From: a virus
Taxonomy: Duplodnaviria; Caudoviricetes
Direction: 5' to 3' (one strand)
IMG/VR virus record: IMGVR_UViG_3300020366_000010
Coordinates: 1-48,137 of that record
Length of the DNA stretch: 48,137 nt
Position numbers and translations under genes: made by a program. The notes beneath the pieces were generated by a model. That model worked only from the letters and a program-made list of their open reading frames with translations. It searched no databases and was not told where the DNA came from. Shown here one piece after another: positions 1 through 8,654 of this stretch (within the stretch, counting starts at the first letter, position 1; each line of letters starts with the position of its first letter).

Positions 1-305
1 ACGCTATCGTTAAAAACAGCGTAATGTAGAAGGTAAGATACCACAGTAGTGGACTTGCCAGTCTGTCTTGGCATTTTGCAAATATTGAATCTATTCGCAT
101 GGAAATTATTAATTAATTTTTCCTGGAAATGGTATGGATGAAATTGTGTTAATCCCTCATCAAGAGAAACAATTTTAATATAATTGTTTGCAAAATAAAC
201 GGGGTCTTCTTTACACTTGACAAATTCAATGATTTGTTCTTCGGTAAATTCAACCGCCGTATTTGCTTTTTTTAGATTAGGATTACCAAGATACTGTTCA
301 CTCAT
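1..305 (-). CDS. gp17: Terminase large subunit, 5' part (runs off the window edge)
   Basis: Manual translation from ATG at 305: MSEQYLGNPNLKKANTAVEF...KMPRQTGKSTTVVSYLLHY. Shows the T4 gp17 YLGNPNLK N-terminus and Walker A (RQxGKS). Not in the ORF track. Confidence 0.96.
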   Translation of the reverse strand, partial: MSEQYLGNPNLKKANTAVEFTEEQIIEFVKCKEDPVYFANNYIKIVSLDEGLTQFHPYHFQEKLINNFHANRFNICKMPRQTGKSTTVVSYLLHYAVFNDS

Positions 306-319
306 AATAAAAACCTAAT

Positions 320-2596
320 TCAACATCTCCAACGTTTACGTGCTTTACAGATTTTCTTATCTGGGGTCTTAGAACAATCAATGTTGTGCATATCTTTTTG
401 ACCCTTAGAGCGAGAGCAGAAAGACTTACGTCTCTTTGCATCTTTGCTTCCTTTTTTAACTTTACCAGTTACAGCAGTCTGTAACTTTGAACCTGGATTC
501 TCACGCTTGTAAGCATTGACAGATTTCTGACTCATACCATCAACACCGTCATTACGGTTTGATTTCTGCCAATCTTCACCCAATTTCTGATTTACTTCCT
601 TTTCAGTTTTGGGTCTCAATGCAGAAGCTGCTTTTAATGCCTTGACTAATTCTGAACCCTTTAATCCCTTACTCCTAATATTTTTCATAGCAGCATCATA
701 CTTATCATATCCAGGAATTGCTTCTTGGATTTCAACTTCTTCCTTTTTGATTTTTTCGCAACGGTTGTAAGTCTTACCGAAGAGTTTTTGAGTTCCTACT
801 TTCTTGTAACCTTTCCAACACTTCTTTGCTTCACCGAGCATATCACTTCCAATACCTTTAGTTGGTTGGAGTGGTTCTGTTTCAATAATATCTACAGACT
901 CATATTCAGTTGCTTTGAAATCATCTCTCCAGTTGGAATAATCATAATCTTCTTTATTAAATGCTTTTTTAATTGCACCAACAACAAAGGGTGCTGCTAA
1001 AGTTGCTGCACCTACTGCAAGACCCAACCTTCCACGACCACGGGGACGAACTTTGCCACCCATTCCACGAGAACCTGGTGGTTTAAACTTAGGATCTAGT
1101 TTAAAATCTGGAGTAACTCCAACTCCTGGTTTGTATCTACCTTGACCAGAAGCGGCACGTTTTGCTGCCTCTGTTCCACCCTGAACATCTGCTCTAGTGA
1201 CAGTTCGTGCTCTTTGATATGATACGCGATCACTACCACCTCTTTGATAAGTCTCACGAGGGGTAGCACTTGAAGTAGATGCTGGTTGTTTTGGAATATT
1301 TGGTAGTTGTGCTCCAGGTCCTTGAGATTTTGGAGTTCTAAGATTCTTCATTGCATCGCGAATCTTTTTCTCAGCACCTTTATTTGCTTTGATTAAATCT
1401 TCAATCTGTTCTGGAGACATCTTACGAAGTTTATCCTCAAGACCTTCGAGAAGCATATCTTCTCTCCAATTAGAGAAACTTTCTTTTTTAGAATTGCCCC
1501 AGTTAGCAGCACCAACTTTACGACACTTGACTAATGCACCAGATGCATATGCACTTGGCCAAACTTTATAACGTGACTTGACCTTATGATAGCAAGCGTC
1601 TTTCTTGCCCTCATCAACCAGTTCAACTTCTTCTTTTTTAGTGCCCTTATCTTTTAATTTGGCATCAAGATCTTTTAAAGTTCTAAGTTTGCCATCTTTC
1701 ATTTTAATTTTATCAGTTGGTCTGATTACATCACCATCATCAGCGTATCCCTCTTTTAGTTTTGGATAAGTTGGTGGTTTACCCATACGCTTATCAGCTT
1801 GATTTCTTAAGTTCTTTGCTGCTTTTTTTACATGAGGTATTAATGCTGCACCCCCAGCAGCAATTCCTATTGCAGCACCAGCAGCAAGGGCGGGAGCGAT
1901 TTCATCCAGTTGTTCAAAGTCTTTTCTCCAGTTTGAATAAGATTCTTGAGTCACGTTCTTTGCCCTTCCTGTTCTGTTTGGATTTGGATCTTCTTTACGT
2001 TTTTTACGTGCCCTTTTATTTCTTTCCTCTTTACTCATAGCAGCACGGTCGTCTGCATCGCGACAGTATGGTTTGGTCTTTTGACCTGGTTGTTTGGCAC
2101 ATGGTTTACCATCATATTTACCACCAGTCTGCTTCCATCCACCACCTTTGAACCAGTCGCGAAGAGAATATCCCTTATCCTTAGAAGACTTACCATCACG
2201 CGCTTCGGTGATAGAACCCTCTAAACACTGACAAGGATCGCATCCACAGATAGGACAAGACTGTTCGTTCATTTTTCTACCCCTACAATGGGCTCGTTGA
2301 GAGAATCCTTTTGGATTATCGCAATCGATGGATTTTTTGTACTTCGCACTCCACGCCTCTGATACTCCTCCGCCATTAGAGCCCCCATTAGACCCCCCAT
2401 TCCCATTTCCATTGCCATTTGAACCATTTCCGTTGCCATTCTTCTTCGTACCTTCAGTATCATCAGAAGATTTCTCTTCTTCTTTTTCTCTGCGGAGCCA
2501 TCCACCCATACCAACGACATATCCCATAGGAATTCTCTTACACTTCTTAGAAGCGTAACAGTAATAATATCCTTTTTTACAGGATTTCTTTGCCAT
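320..2596 (-). CDS. 758-aa modular, basic, Cys-containing protein between gp16 and gp17; probable head-internal polyprotein
   Basis: Long ORF with three (Y/F)SNWR repeats and many short Cys/Lys modules each preceded by x-x-E. CTAAATA late-type promoter at 2619-2625. Confidence 0.7.
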   Translation of the reverse strand: MAKKSCKKGYYYCYASKKCKRIPMGYVVGMGGWLRREKEEEKSSDDTEGTKKNGNGNGSNGNGNGNGGSNGGSNGGGVSEAWSAKYKKSIDCDNPKGFSQRAHCRGRKMNEQSCPICGCDPCQCLEGSITEARDGKSSKDKGYSLRDWFKGGGWKQTGGKYDGKPCAKQPGQKTKPYCRDADDRAAMSKEERNKRARKKRKEDPNPNRTGRAKNVTQESYSNWRKDFEQLDEIAPALAAGAAIGIAAGGAALIPHVKKAAKNLRNQADKRMGKPPTYPKLKEGYADDGDVIRPTDKIKMKDGKLRTLKDLDAKLKDKGTKKEEVELVDEGKKDACYHKVKSRYKVWPSAYASGALVKCRKVGAANWGNSKKESFSNWREDMLLEGLEDKLRKMSPEQIEDLIKANKGAEKKIRDAMKNLRTPKSQGPGAQLPNIPKQPASTSSATPRETYQRGGSDRVSYQRARTVTRADVQGGTEAAKRAASGQGRYKPGVGVTPDFKLDPKFKPPGSRGMGGKVRPRGRGRLGLAVGAATLAAPFVVGAIKKAFNKEDYDYSNWRDDFKATEYESVDIIETEPLQPTKGIGSDMLGEAKKCWKGYKKVGTQKLFGKTYNRCEKIKKEEVEIQEAIPGYDKYDAAMKNIRSKGLKGSELVKALKAASALRPKTEKEVNQKLGEDWQKSNRNDGVDGMSQKSVNAYKRENPGSKLQTAVTGKVKKGSKDAKRRKSFCSRSKGQKDMHNIDCSKTPDKKICKARKRWRC

Positions 2597-3027
2597 TATT
2601 TGGAAGTATCTTCTGTATTATTTAGAAAACCTTGCTTTAATAACTTTGACAATTCTGAAGTGGATCCAACAAACAACGCATTATTGGTGACGTTGTTTGG
2701 ACTTTTCTTAGTATTATCTTCTTCTAAATCTTTCAATTTCTTTTGAAGATCTGCAAGTTTATCTGTGGTATCTGCAACTGACTTTATTAACTGCCCAGCA
2801 ACTTCATATGCTCTAGGACTTGCACTTTCTCCAGCAAGTTCCATGATGCCATTGATTGCTTCTTGACCTTTTTCTATTAAAGAATATAAGTTTGCACGAG
2901 TATACTCATAATCTTTCTTTATATCATCCTTTTCCACTTTAGGTGGAACAGGTTTAATAGGTTTTGATTCAACAATGCTACTTTCAATATTAAGTGCGTT
3001 GTCAATGGACTCATAATTATCACTCAT
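2596..3027 (-). CDS. gp16: Terminase small subunit
   Basis: DYEYTRANLY...SPRAYEVAGQLIK...NNALFVGSTSEL motifs typical of cyanophage gp16; synteny after gp15. Confidence 0.93.
   Translation of the reverse strand: MSDNYESIDNALNIESSIVESKPIKPVPPKVEKDDIKKDYEYTRANLYSLIEKGQEAINGIMELAGESASPRAYEVAGQLIKSVADTTDKLADLQKKLKDLEEDNTKKSPNNVTNNALFVGSTSELSKLLKQGFLNNTEDTSK
2619..2625 (-). promoter_or_regulatory. T4-type late promoter variant CTAAATA
   Basis: tatttag on +, 22 nt upstream of the 758-aa ORF start. Confidence 0.5.
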
Positions 3028-3032
3028 GATTA

Positions 3033-3878
3033 TTAAATATCAGTTTTTCTTGCAGGAGAATACTCTTTAGAATCTGAGAAGAATTCCCATTCTTCATCAA
3101 ATCCAAAGTTATCGCCAGGCATTAGTAATTTATGATCCTGCTCATTAATAACACCATCATTATTCTTATCTTCTTTCGCAGTTGGAGTTACCGTATATCT
3201 CATCTCACGTTTTGCAGTCTTGACATCAGTACTAGTGTACATATCAACTTGAACCTTACGGATAAGACCGTCACTGCTATCAGCGATTGGACCAAACAGA
3301 TATGTTTTTGCCATAAACTGTAAGGTATAGATTAGAGATCTTCTTGTATCAAAATTTCCTTCATAGTCATCTTGAAAACCTATAGATTCAAGAATAATTG
3401 GAATATCTCTTTTTTCACCAATAGAATCAATTAAATCTACAGTTAGATTGAAGTGTGGTTGAAAATATGGTAAAATTTGTTCAATAATTTGTAAAGCGTC
3501 ATCATTCAATTTTGAAAGAATATTCAGTTCAAATCCAATATTATATGGTACAGGCATAAACACTTTTTTTGCTCTGCCACCATCATCACAAGTTTTATAT
3601 GTTTGAACTAAACTAGACTTTCTTGTTGAGTCATATTGAATAGATGTCATTTCAAATGACATTCTAGGCATTGTAATTTGAACTGCTTTGTTCAAATCTG
3701 CCTGTTGTTGAATTCTTGCTAAAAACTTTTGACTTGGACCATATGCCAAAGGAACTTTCATATCACTAACATCTTTACCCGCACCGTCTTGATGGCGGAT
3801 ATGAATATCATTGAACAAAGTTCCAAACGATATAATAGTTTTTCTAATTATTTCGTGATAATAATATGTTCCTAACAT
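3033..3878 (-). CDS. gp15: Tail sheath stabilizer / tail terminator
   Basis: YYYHEIIRKTIISFGTLFN, VPLAYGP..KFLAR, PRMSFEM, PVPYNIGFEL, QILPYFQP motifs. Confidence 0.95.
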   Translation of the reverse strand: MLGTYYYHEIIRKTIISFGTLFNDIHIRHQDGAGKDVSDMKVPLAYGPSQKFLARIQQQADLNKAVQITMPRMSFEMTSIQYDSTRKSSLVQTYKTCDDGGRAKKVFMPVPYNIGFELNILSKLNDDALQIIEQILPYFQPHFNLTVDLIDSIGEKRDIPIILESIGFQDDYEGNFDTRRSLIYTLQFMAKTYLFGPIADSSDGLIRKVQVDMYTSTDVKTAKREMRYTVTPTAKEDKNNDGVINEQDHKLLMPGDNFGFDEEWEFFSDSKEYSPARKTDI

Positions 3879-5320
3879 TAAAATGTCCCAAATGGATTAG
3901 TTTCGGTGAAGTCCAGAAGACTCTCCCCTAGAGTTTCAAACTCATCGTTCTCGGTATATTTATCATAAGTATCATCTTGTACATAACTATAGACTGGATA
4001 CTCTGCACCAGAGGTTTGACCTATTATAGTTTCGCCTGGATAGAATCCAATTGGTTGTGTAGAACCTATACTGACATTTGAGATTTTAAGGACGTGAGTA
4101 TCTTGATCATATTCTTTGACTCTTGCTTGAACCATAGACTGAGATCCCATAACAATCTCATTGAAGAGATATGTTCCGACACCTGATAAAGTTTCTGGAT
4201 TAGATATCGTAACAGTTGGCGAGCTACTGTATCCTCTTCCAGGTTCTTTAACGTAGATTGATTTAACAACATTACTATTACCATCAACGCCGATAGAAGC
4301 AATACCAACTGCAGTGTGTGCAATACCACTTGCAGTTGGACCTGCAACTGTAACAGTTGGTGCTGTTCCATAACCAACACCACCATCCAAAATACTAAAT
4401 CTGATTACACCCTGACCACTAGTTTCGATGGAACAAGTTGCTGCTGCTCCCGTTCCGCCACCACCACTTATAGTAATTATCGGTGGAGTTACATATCCTG
4501 CACCAGCATTGGTAATGAGGATTTTCTCAATAGAAGTTACACTACCACTTGTAGTTAAGAATCCTACTGCAGTTGCATTATCACCAATTTGCCCAGTCGG
4601 AGATGATGAAATACCTATAGTTGGTACAGATGTGAATCCACTACCATCATCATTCAAATGGATTGTTCTTACATAACCACTTGGCACAGATCCAGAAATT
4701 AGTGCTGTTGCAGTAGCAGTTCTTCCAACTCCAATCAGTTGAAGTGTAGTAATGTATCCTTCATCTTGAACTTGAGTATCGATTGCTTCGATAGTTGTAT
4801 CAATAACTTCATCTTCATATTCAAAGAGTTCACATTTAAGTTGATAAACATAATTTTTTCCTAACTGAAAGAAAGGATCTTCATGCTCAACAAATTTTAC
4901 TTCAAATAATCTTTGACCCAGTGGAAAATAAACTAAATCCCCTTCTCTTGGGCGAGTTGGGGTCGGCATAATCGAATCATCAGTTCCATCATCTTGTCCT
5001 GCCATGAATGGAGCGATGAAATCTTCAAATCTTTCTTTAGATATTGTTATGATGAGTTCATCTCTGACACTAACACCAAATTTTGTTAGAATATCTCCTG
5101 CACCACCATATCCTTCAAAAGTATTGACATATGCCTCAATAGCAAAATTATCATCAAACTTTGAAGTTTGAACTTCTTCAATAATTGTTTTTGTATTTAC
5201 ATACTTTCTTGGGATATAAGTTACTTCAACACCATGAAAGGTCAGGTGCTCATTTATTAGATCTTGGACTAATCTTTGTTCAGATGCAGTCCCTTGTAGG
5301 AAAAAAGGATTAAGTGCCAT
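3878..5320 (-). CDS. gp14: Neck protein with an inserted Gly/Thr-rich beta-repeat region
   Basis: MALNPFF...EQRLVQDLINE, RPREGDLVYFP, FEVKFVEHEDPFFQLGK..Y.L.CELFEY, C-terminal NPFG. Confidence 0.93.
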   Translation of the reverse strand: MALNPFFLQGTASEQRLVQDLINEHLTFHGVEVTYIPRKYVNTKTIIEEVQTSKFDDNFAIEAYVNTFEGYGGAGDILTKFGVSVRDELIITISKERFEDFIAPFMAGQDDGTDDSIMPTPTRPREGDLVYFPLGQRLFEVKFVEHEDPFFQLGKNYVYQLKCELFEYEDEVIDTTIEAIDTQVQDEGYITTLQLIGVGRTATATALISGSVPSGYVRTIHLNDDGSGFTSVPTIGISSSPTGQIGDNATAVGFLTTSGSVTSIEKILITNAGAGYVTPPIITISGGGGTGAAATCSIETSGQGVIRFSILDGGVGYGTAPTVTVAGPTASGIAHTAVGIASIGVDGNSNVVKSIYVKEPGRGYSSSPTVTISNPETLSGVGTYLFNEIVMGSQSMVQARVKEYDQDTHVLKISNVSIGSTQPIGFYPGETIIGQTSGAEYPVYSYVQDDTYDKYTENDEFETLGESLLDFTETNPFGTF

Positions 5321-6183
5321 TATCCAATAAAGTCGAGGGGTGGAAGTTCATATTCCATGGTCATTCTTGACTTAATTTCTGCAAGTTCTTGTTCTGCTTG
5401 TTGCAGAATTTCTCCTCCATTAAGTTCAATACCACCAGGAAGTTTAACACCCCTAAACTTACTGAGGTTTCTTCCCCACTGACGTTTAATCAATGCGGTA
5501 AGATATCTCTTTAAGAAACTATCATTATAGATTTGTGTAAATGATGCAGGGTCTAATGCTCTATAGCATTCAATGACTATAAAATCACCTACGGTTTCCG
5601 AACCCCAATCAATATCAAGATATAATCTATCTTGTCTCTTATTAAATCTTACTTGTTTATCGGGTGTTAGTAAAAAGTCAATATCTTCAAGATAAGACTT
5701 GACCATAGCATATTGTAACAACTCAACGGAGTTGAAATAATATAAATCGTTTAAAAATAGTTGATATTTGATACTAAACATTCCACCAGAAATAGAACTG
5801 GTATCAAATTTAAAAATTTTCTCAACTCCAATCACAGAATCTGGAACTTGAATGTAATTGGAATTTTCGTAAAAATTGAATGTTGTTGCTGCAACTCCAA
5901 CGGACGTTGCAGTCGTAGTTATGATGCCTACTCCTCCAGTAGGATCAACTGTTTTAACACCAGAAGATTGTGCTCCTATTCCTCTATCAATATCTTCTTG
6001 AGTAATTTTATATTTAAGATACATCTTTTCAACACCGTCAAAATGACGTTCGTTGAAATATTGAATTGCATCATCAACTAGATCATCAATTTGATCATCG
6101 TCCACGTTGATTTCCAACACTGGAGCACCAAGTTGACGCAAACAGTAATCTATAAGTCCTTGCCTAGTTGATGGTTTTGCCAT
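5320..6183 (-). CDS. gp13: Neck protein
   Basis: LIDYCLRQLGAPVLEINVDDDQ, KRQWGRNLSKF.GVKLPGGIELNG motifs. Confidence 0.95.
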   Translation of the reverse strand: MAKPSTRQGLIDYCLRQLGAPVLEINVDDDQIDDLVDDAIQYFNERHFDGVEKMYLKYKITQEDIDRGIGAQSSGVKTVDPTGGVGIITTTATSVGVAATTFNFYENSNYIQVPDSVIGVEKIFKFDTSSISGGMFSIKYQLFLNDLYYFNSVELLQYAMVKSYLEDIDFLLTPDKQVRFNKRQDRLYLDIDWGSETVGDFIVIECYRALDPASFTQIYNDSFLKRYLTALIKRQWGRNLSKFRGVKLPGGIELNGGEILQQAEQELAEIKSRMTMEYELPPLDFIG

Positions 6184-6184
6184 A

Positions 6185-6370
6185 TTACTTTTCTAATTTT
6201 GCTTTGAGGTCAGCGTTTTCTTCTAGCAAAGTATCCATTTGCTCCTGAAAATCCTGAGTTAAAGTTGCTAACTTTGCCTCAAGAAGAACATTTTGATTTG
6301 ATACTGCTGCTAATTTAGAATTATAAATCTTGATGAGAACGTTGACATCCACTTCACTTTGATTTTCCAT
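6185..6370 (-). CDS. Small coiled-coil hypothetical protein
   Basis: 61-aa ORF tightly packed in the operon; heptad pattern. Confidence 0.75.
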   Translation of the reverse strand: MENQSEVDVNVLIKIYNSKLAAVSNQNVLLEAKLATLTQDFQEQMDTLLEENADLKAKLEK

Positions 6371-6378
6371 CAGTTACC

Positions 6379-8010
6379 TCAGAACGTACCCCCATCCAGA
6401 GTTGATGTCCAGTGGGGCTTATTAGTATATATGGGGGTAACAGTATTAGGAACTGAGGCAAGATTTGTTATTGCTCCGCTCTGACCTTCTCTTCTAAGGT
6501 TTTGTCCTGTTTGGAATCCACCACCTTCTACACCAATCAAACTCACAGTTGTTGAACCAGTAACACCTGTCTCAACAATACCATAAGCATTGGAAGTATC
6601 TTGTCTGATAATATCACCAGCGGAAGCAGTAATTGCAACTGATAATACTAAAGTTTCCTTCGTAATAGCAGTCAGAATCTGTTTAGAAGTAGAAACTGGA
6701 GCTGCAACTGCATTAGTAGATCTTTGGAGACCAGTGCTGTCAAAGTAAACAACACCGCCAGTAGCATAATCACCAGACTGGTAGTAGATACCTTTGATAT
6801 CCAGGAAACCTTTAGTTCCAGTTACAAGACTATTTGAAATAGTTGCATCAGGAACATAAACCCATCTTCTACTGTCATCAGCATGGGTTCCATGATTGTT
6901 AACACCTGCGGTGCTAGTTGCAATGGAGTCGTCTTCCATTCCAAAGAATCCAGTCTTATTATTGGATGCTCCAGAACTTGTATTGAAGGCGAATGAAATA
7001 CCTCTATCAGTATTACTATCGTAAGCGTGAGTGATAGTTACTTGAGTTGTGGTGGTAATGCCAGCAGTTGTGGCATTACTAATCGTAATTGCTTTAGTAC
7101 CAGGATTATATGCAGTAATTGTGGTATTATTTGCAATACCTGCTGCAGCAGTAATTCCATCACCAGTATTGATACCAACAATAGAATCCAGAATCAGTGA
7201 ATTTGCACCACTGCTGGCTTCTGCCATAACAGTTCTAGTGCTAGTTACATCGCCAATATGGAAAATCGGATCATTCAGGGTTGATGTAGTAGAATTGACG
7301 GTTGTAGTTGTACCATCAACTTGTAAATTACCCTTAACAACAACTGTTCCTTCATTACTCAATCCATCGGGATATGGATCAATGAACAGAGTGTCGCTAC
7401 TACCTGGAGTAGTTGAAATAACATTATCTTCAATCCTTACTTGACCAAAGAAGGACTGTCCAGTTACTGTAATGGCAGTGTTCCATTCCCATGGAGCACC
7501 AGTTACACGCATTACATTGGTGCCATTCTCATCATATTCAATTTTACCATCCTTATCATCACCGAATGAAAGGAAAGTGTCATCTGGAATATGTACTTCA
7601 CCAGCACCATGAGGATCTAACTTAATATCCCCATCAGTATCAGTGGATGAAATTACATTTCCATCAATTCTTAAATTATCTACATTCCACTGATCAACTT
7701 TCAGAGATTCTGCACCACCCAATCCAGAATTGGTTGCAGGTGCCATGATAGCGACAACACCTCTGTCTTGGTTTCTGGTGTTGTGTGCTGCTGCTGGAAT
7801 TGTTCCAGGAGCGTGCTCCATCATGGAGGTGTAGTAATGACCACCAATTGGATTAGCATTGGTGCCATCATCACCGAGGAACACTCTGTCTTTGTATTGA
7901 TTAGTTCCTCCAAAACTACCAATACCAGTTACATATCCAAGTTCACCCCATTGTAAACTGGCTGGTTTGCTAGTACCTGAGGATCTTTTAATCCTAATAA
8001 TACTTGCCAT
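6379..8010 (-). CDS. Virion structural / fibre-like protein
   Basis: MASIIRIKRS..P..L.WGELGY N-terminus, GNLQVDGTTTTVNST motif, C-terminal LDGGTF; Thr/Gly/Ser-rich. Confidence 0.7.
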   Translation of the reverse strand: MASIIRIKRSSGTSKPASLQWGELGYVTGIGSFGGTNQYKDRVFLGDDGTNANPIGGHYYTSMMEHAPGTIPAAAHNTRNQDRGVVAIMAPATNSGLGGAESLKVDQWNVDNLRIDGNVISSTDTDGDIKLDPHGAGEVHIPDDTFLSFGDDKDGKIEYDENGTNVMRVTGAPWEWNTAITVTGQSFFGQVRIEDNVISTTPGSSDTLFIDPYPDGLSNEGTVVVKGNLQVDGTTTTVNSTTSTLNDPIFHIGDVTSTRTVMAEASSGANSLILDSIVGINTGDGITAAAGIANNTTITAYNPGTKAITISNATTAGITTTTQVTITHAYDSNTDRGISFAFNTSSGASNNKTGFFGMEDDSIATSTAGVNNHGTHADDSRRWVYVPDATISNSLVTGTKGFLDIKGIYYQSGDYATGGVVYFDSTGLQRSTNAVAAPVSTSKQILTAITKETLVLSVAITASAGDIIRQDTSNAYGIVETGVTGSTTVSLIGVEGGGFQTGQNLRREGQSGAITNLASVPNTVTPIYTNKPHWTSTLDGGTF

Positions 8011-8011
8011 G

Positions 8012-8239
8012 TCAGAAATTTCCTCCGTTGATGTCTAAATTCTGGGTCGCGCCTGGCGTCAGGGTAAGAGTTGCTTCCCATTTTCTGATGCTACTGTTGT
8101 AGACGAGCACCATACCATTCTGCAAGTTAGAAGCACTAACATCACTGAGTTCTGCCAAAGAGAGACCCTGGGCACCCGCAAGAGAAGATATAACTTTTAC
8201 TGCTGGTTGTTGACCTACTCTGACTTTAATTTCAGCCAT
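8012..8239 (-). CDS. Small virion-associated hypothetical protein
   Basis: LAELSDV...NGMVLVYNS..KWE motif and INGGNF end; late promoter upstream. Confidence 0.7.
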   Translation of the reverse strand: MAEIKVRVGQQPAVKVISSLAGAQGLSLAELSDVSASNLQNGMVLVYNSSIRKWEATLTLTPGATQNLDINGGNF

Positions 8240-8267
8240 TTATGATATACAAATCAGGATGTAGAAA

Positions 8268-8275
8268 TATTTATA
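8268..8275 (-). promoter_or_regulatory. T4-type late promoter TATAAATA
   Basis: Exact consensus 28 nt upstream of the ORF starting at 8239. Confidence 0.8.
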
Positions 8276-8450
8276 TTCCTTGAAGTCCCAATCTACCTAC
8301 AACTTCTTGCTGCTTTAGGTAAAGTTTTGCATAAGATTTTGCAATGTCCTTCAACATATCTCGGTCATCACAAGAATCAATCTCATTTGCAAGTTTTGTA
8401 TATTCAAAACTTTTAGAAAGATTTTCTAGTGTGATTTCATTTGGGTCCAT
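8271..8450 (-). CDS. 59-aa helical protein, NblA-like by pattern
   Basis: Manual translation MDPNEITLENLSKSFEYTKLANEIDSCDDRDMLKDIAKSYAKLYLKQQEVVGRLGLQGI; fills the gap between neighbours; below the ORF-track cutoff. Confidence 0.6.
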   Translation of the reverse strand: MDPNEITLENLSKSFEYTKLANEIDSCDDRDMLKDIAKSYAKLYLKQQEVVGRLGLQGI

Positions 8451-8652
8451 TAGTAAGCTCCTTTAGTAAAGATTTGATTTCATCAATATCCTTCTTCAGT
8501 GTATCAAGTTCTTCCCGTTCTGTCTGCCTTCTTTGTTTCATTTTCATGTATTGTGCATAACCGGCACTATCGGTGTTAATGATAGCGCCAGTATCTCTAT
8601 CTCTATAAAGATTTGGTTCGCCCTCTACAGGAACGAAATTTTCATTTTCCAT
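8437..8652 (-). CDS. Hypothetical protein with C-terminal coiled coil
   Basis: VPVEGEPNLYRDRDTGAIIN motif commonly found after VrlC-like genes in T4-like phages. Confidence 0.8.
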   Translation of the reverse strand: MENENFVPVEGEPNLYRDRDTGAIINTDSAGYAQYMKMKQRRQTEREELDTLKKDIDEIKSLLKELTNGPK

Positions 8653-8654
8653 AA

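Noticed and set aside
2362-2440. Short tandem-like repeats (ccatt/ccccatta) in the 758-aa gene
   Set aside because: They simply encode the Gly/Asn linker NGNGNGSNGG
4190-4740. Gly/Thr-rich insert in gp14 as an intein or mobile element
   Set aside because: No intein splice or homing-endonuclease motifs; same GxGY beta-repeat type as in gp7 and the VrlC-like protein
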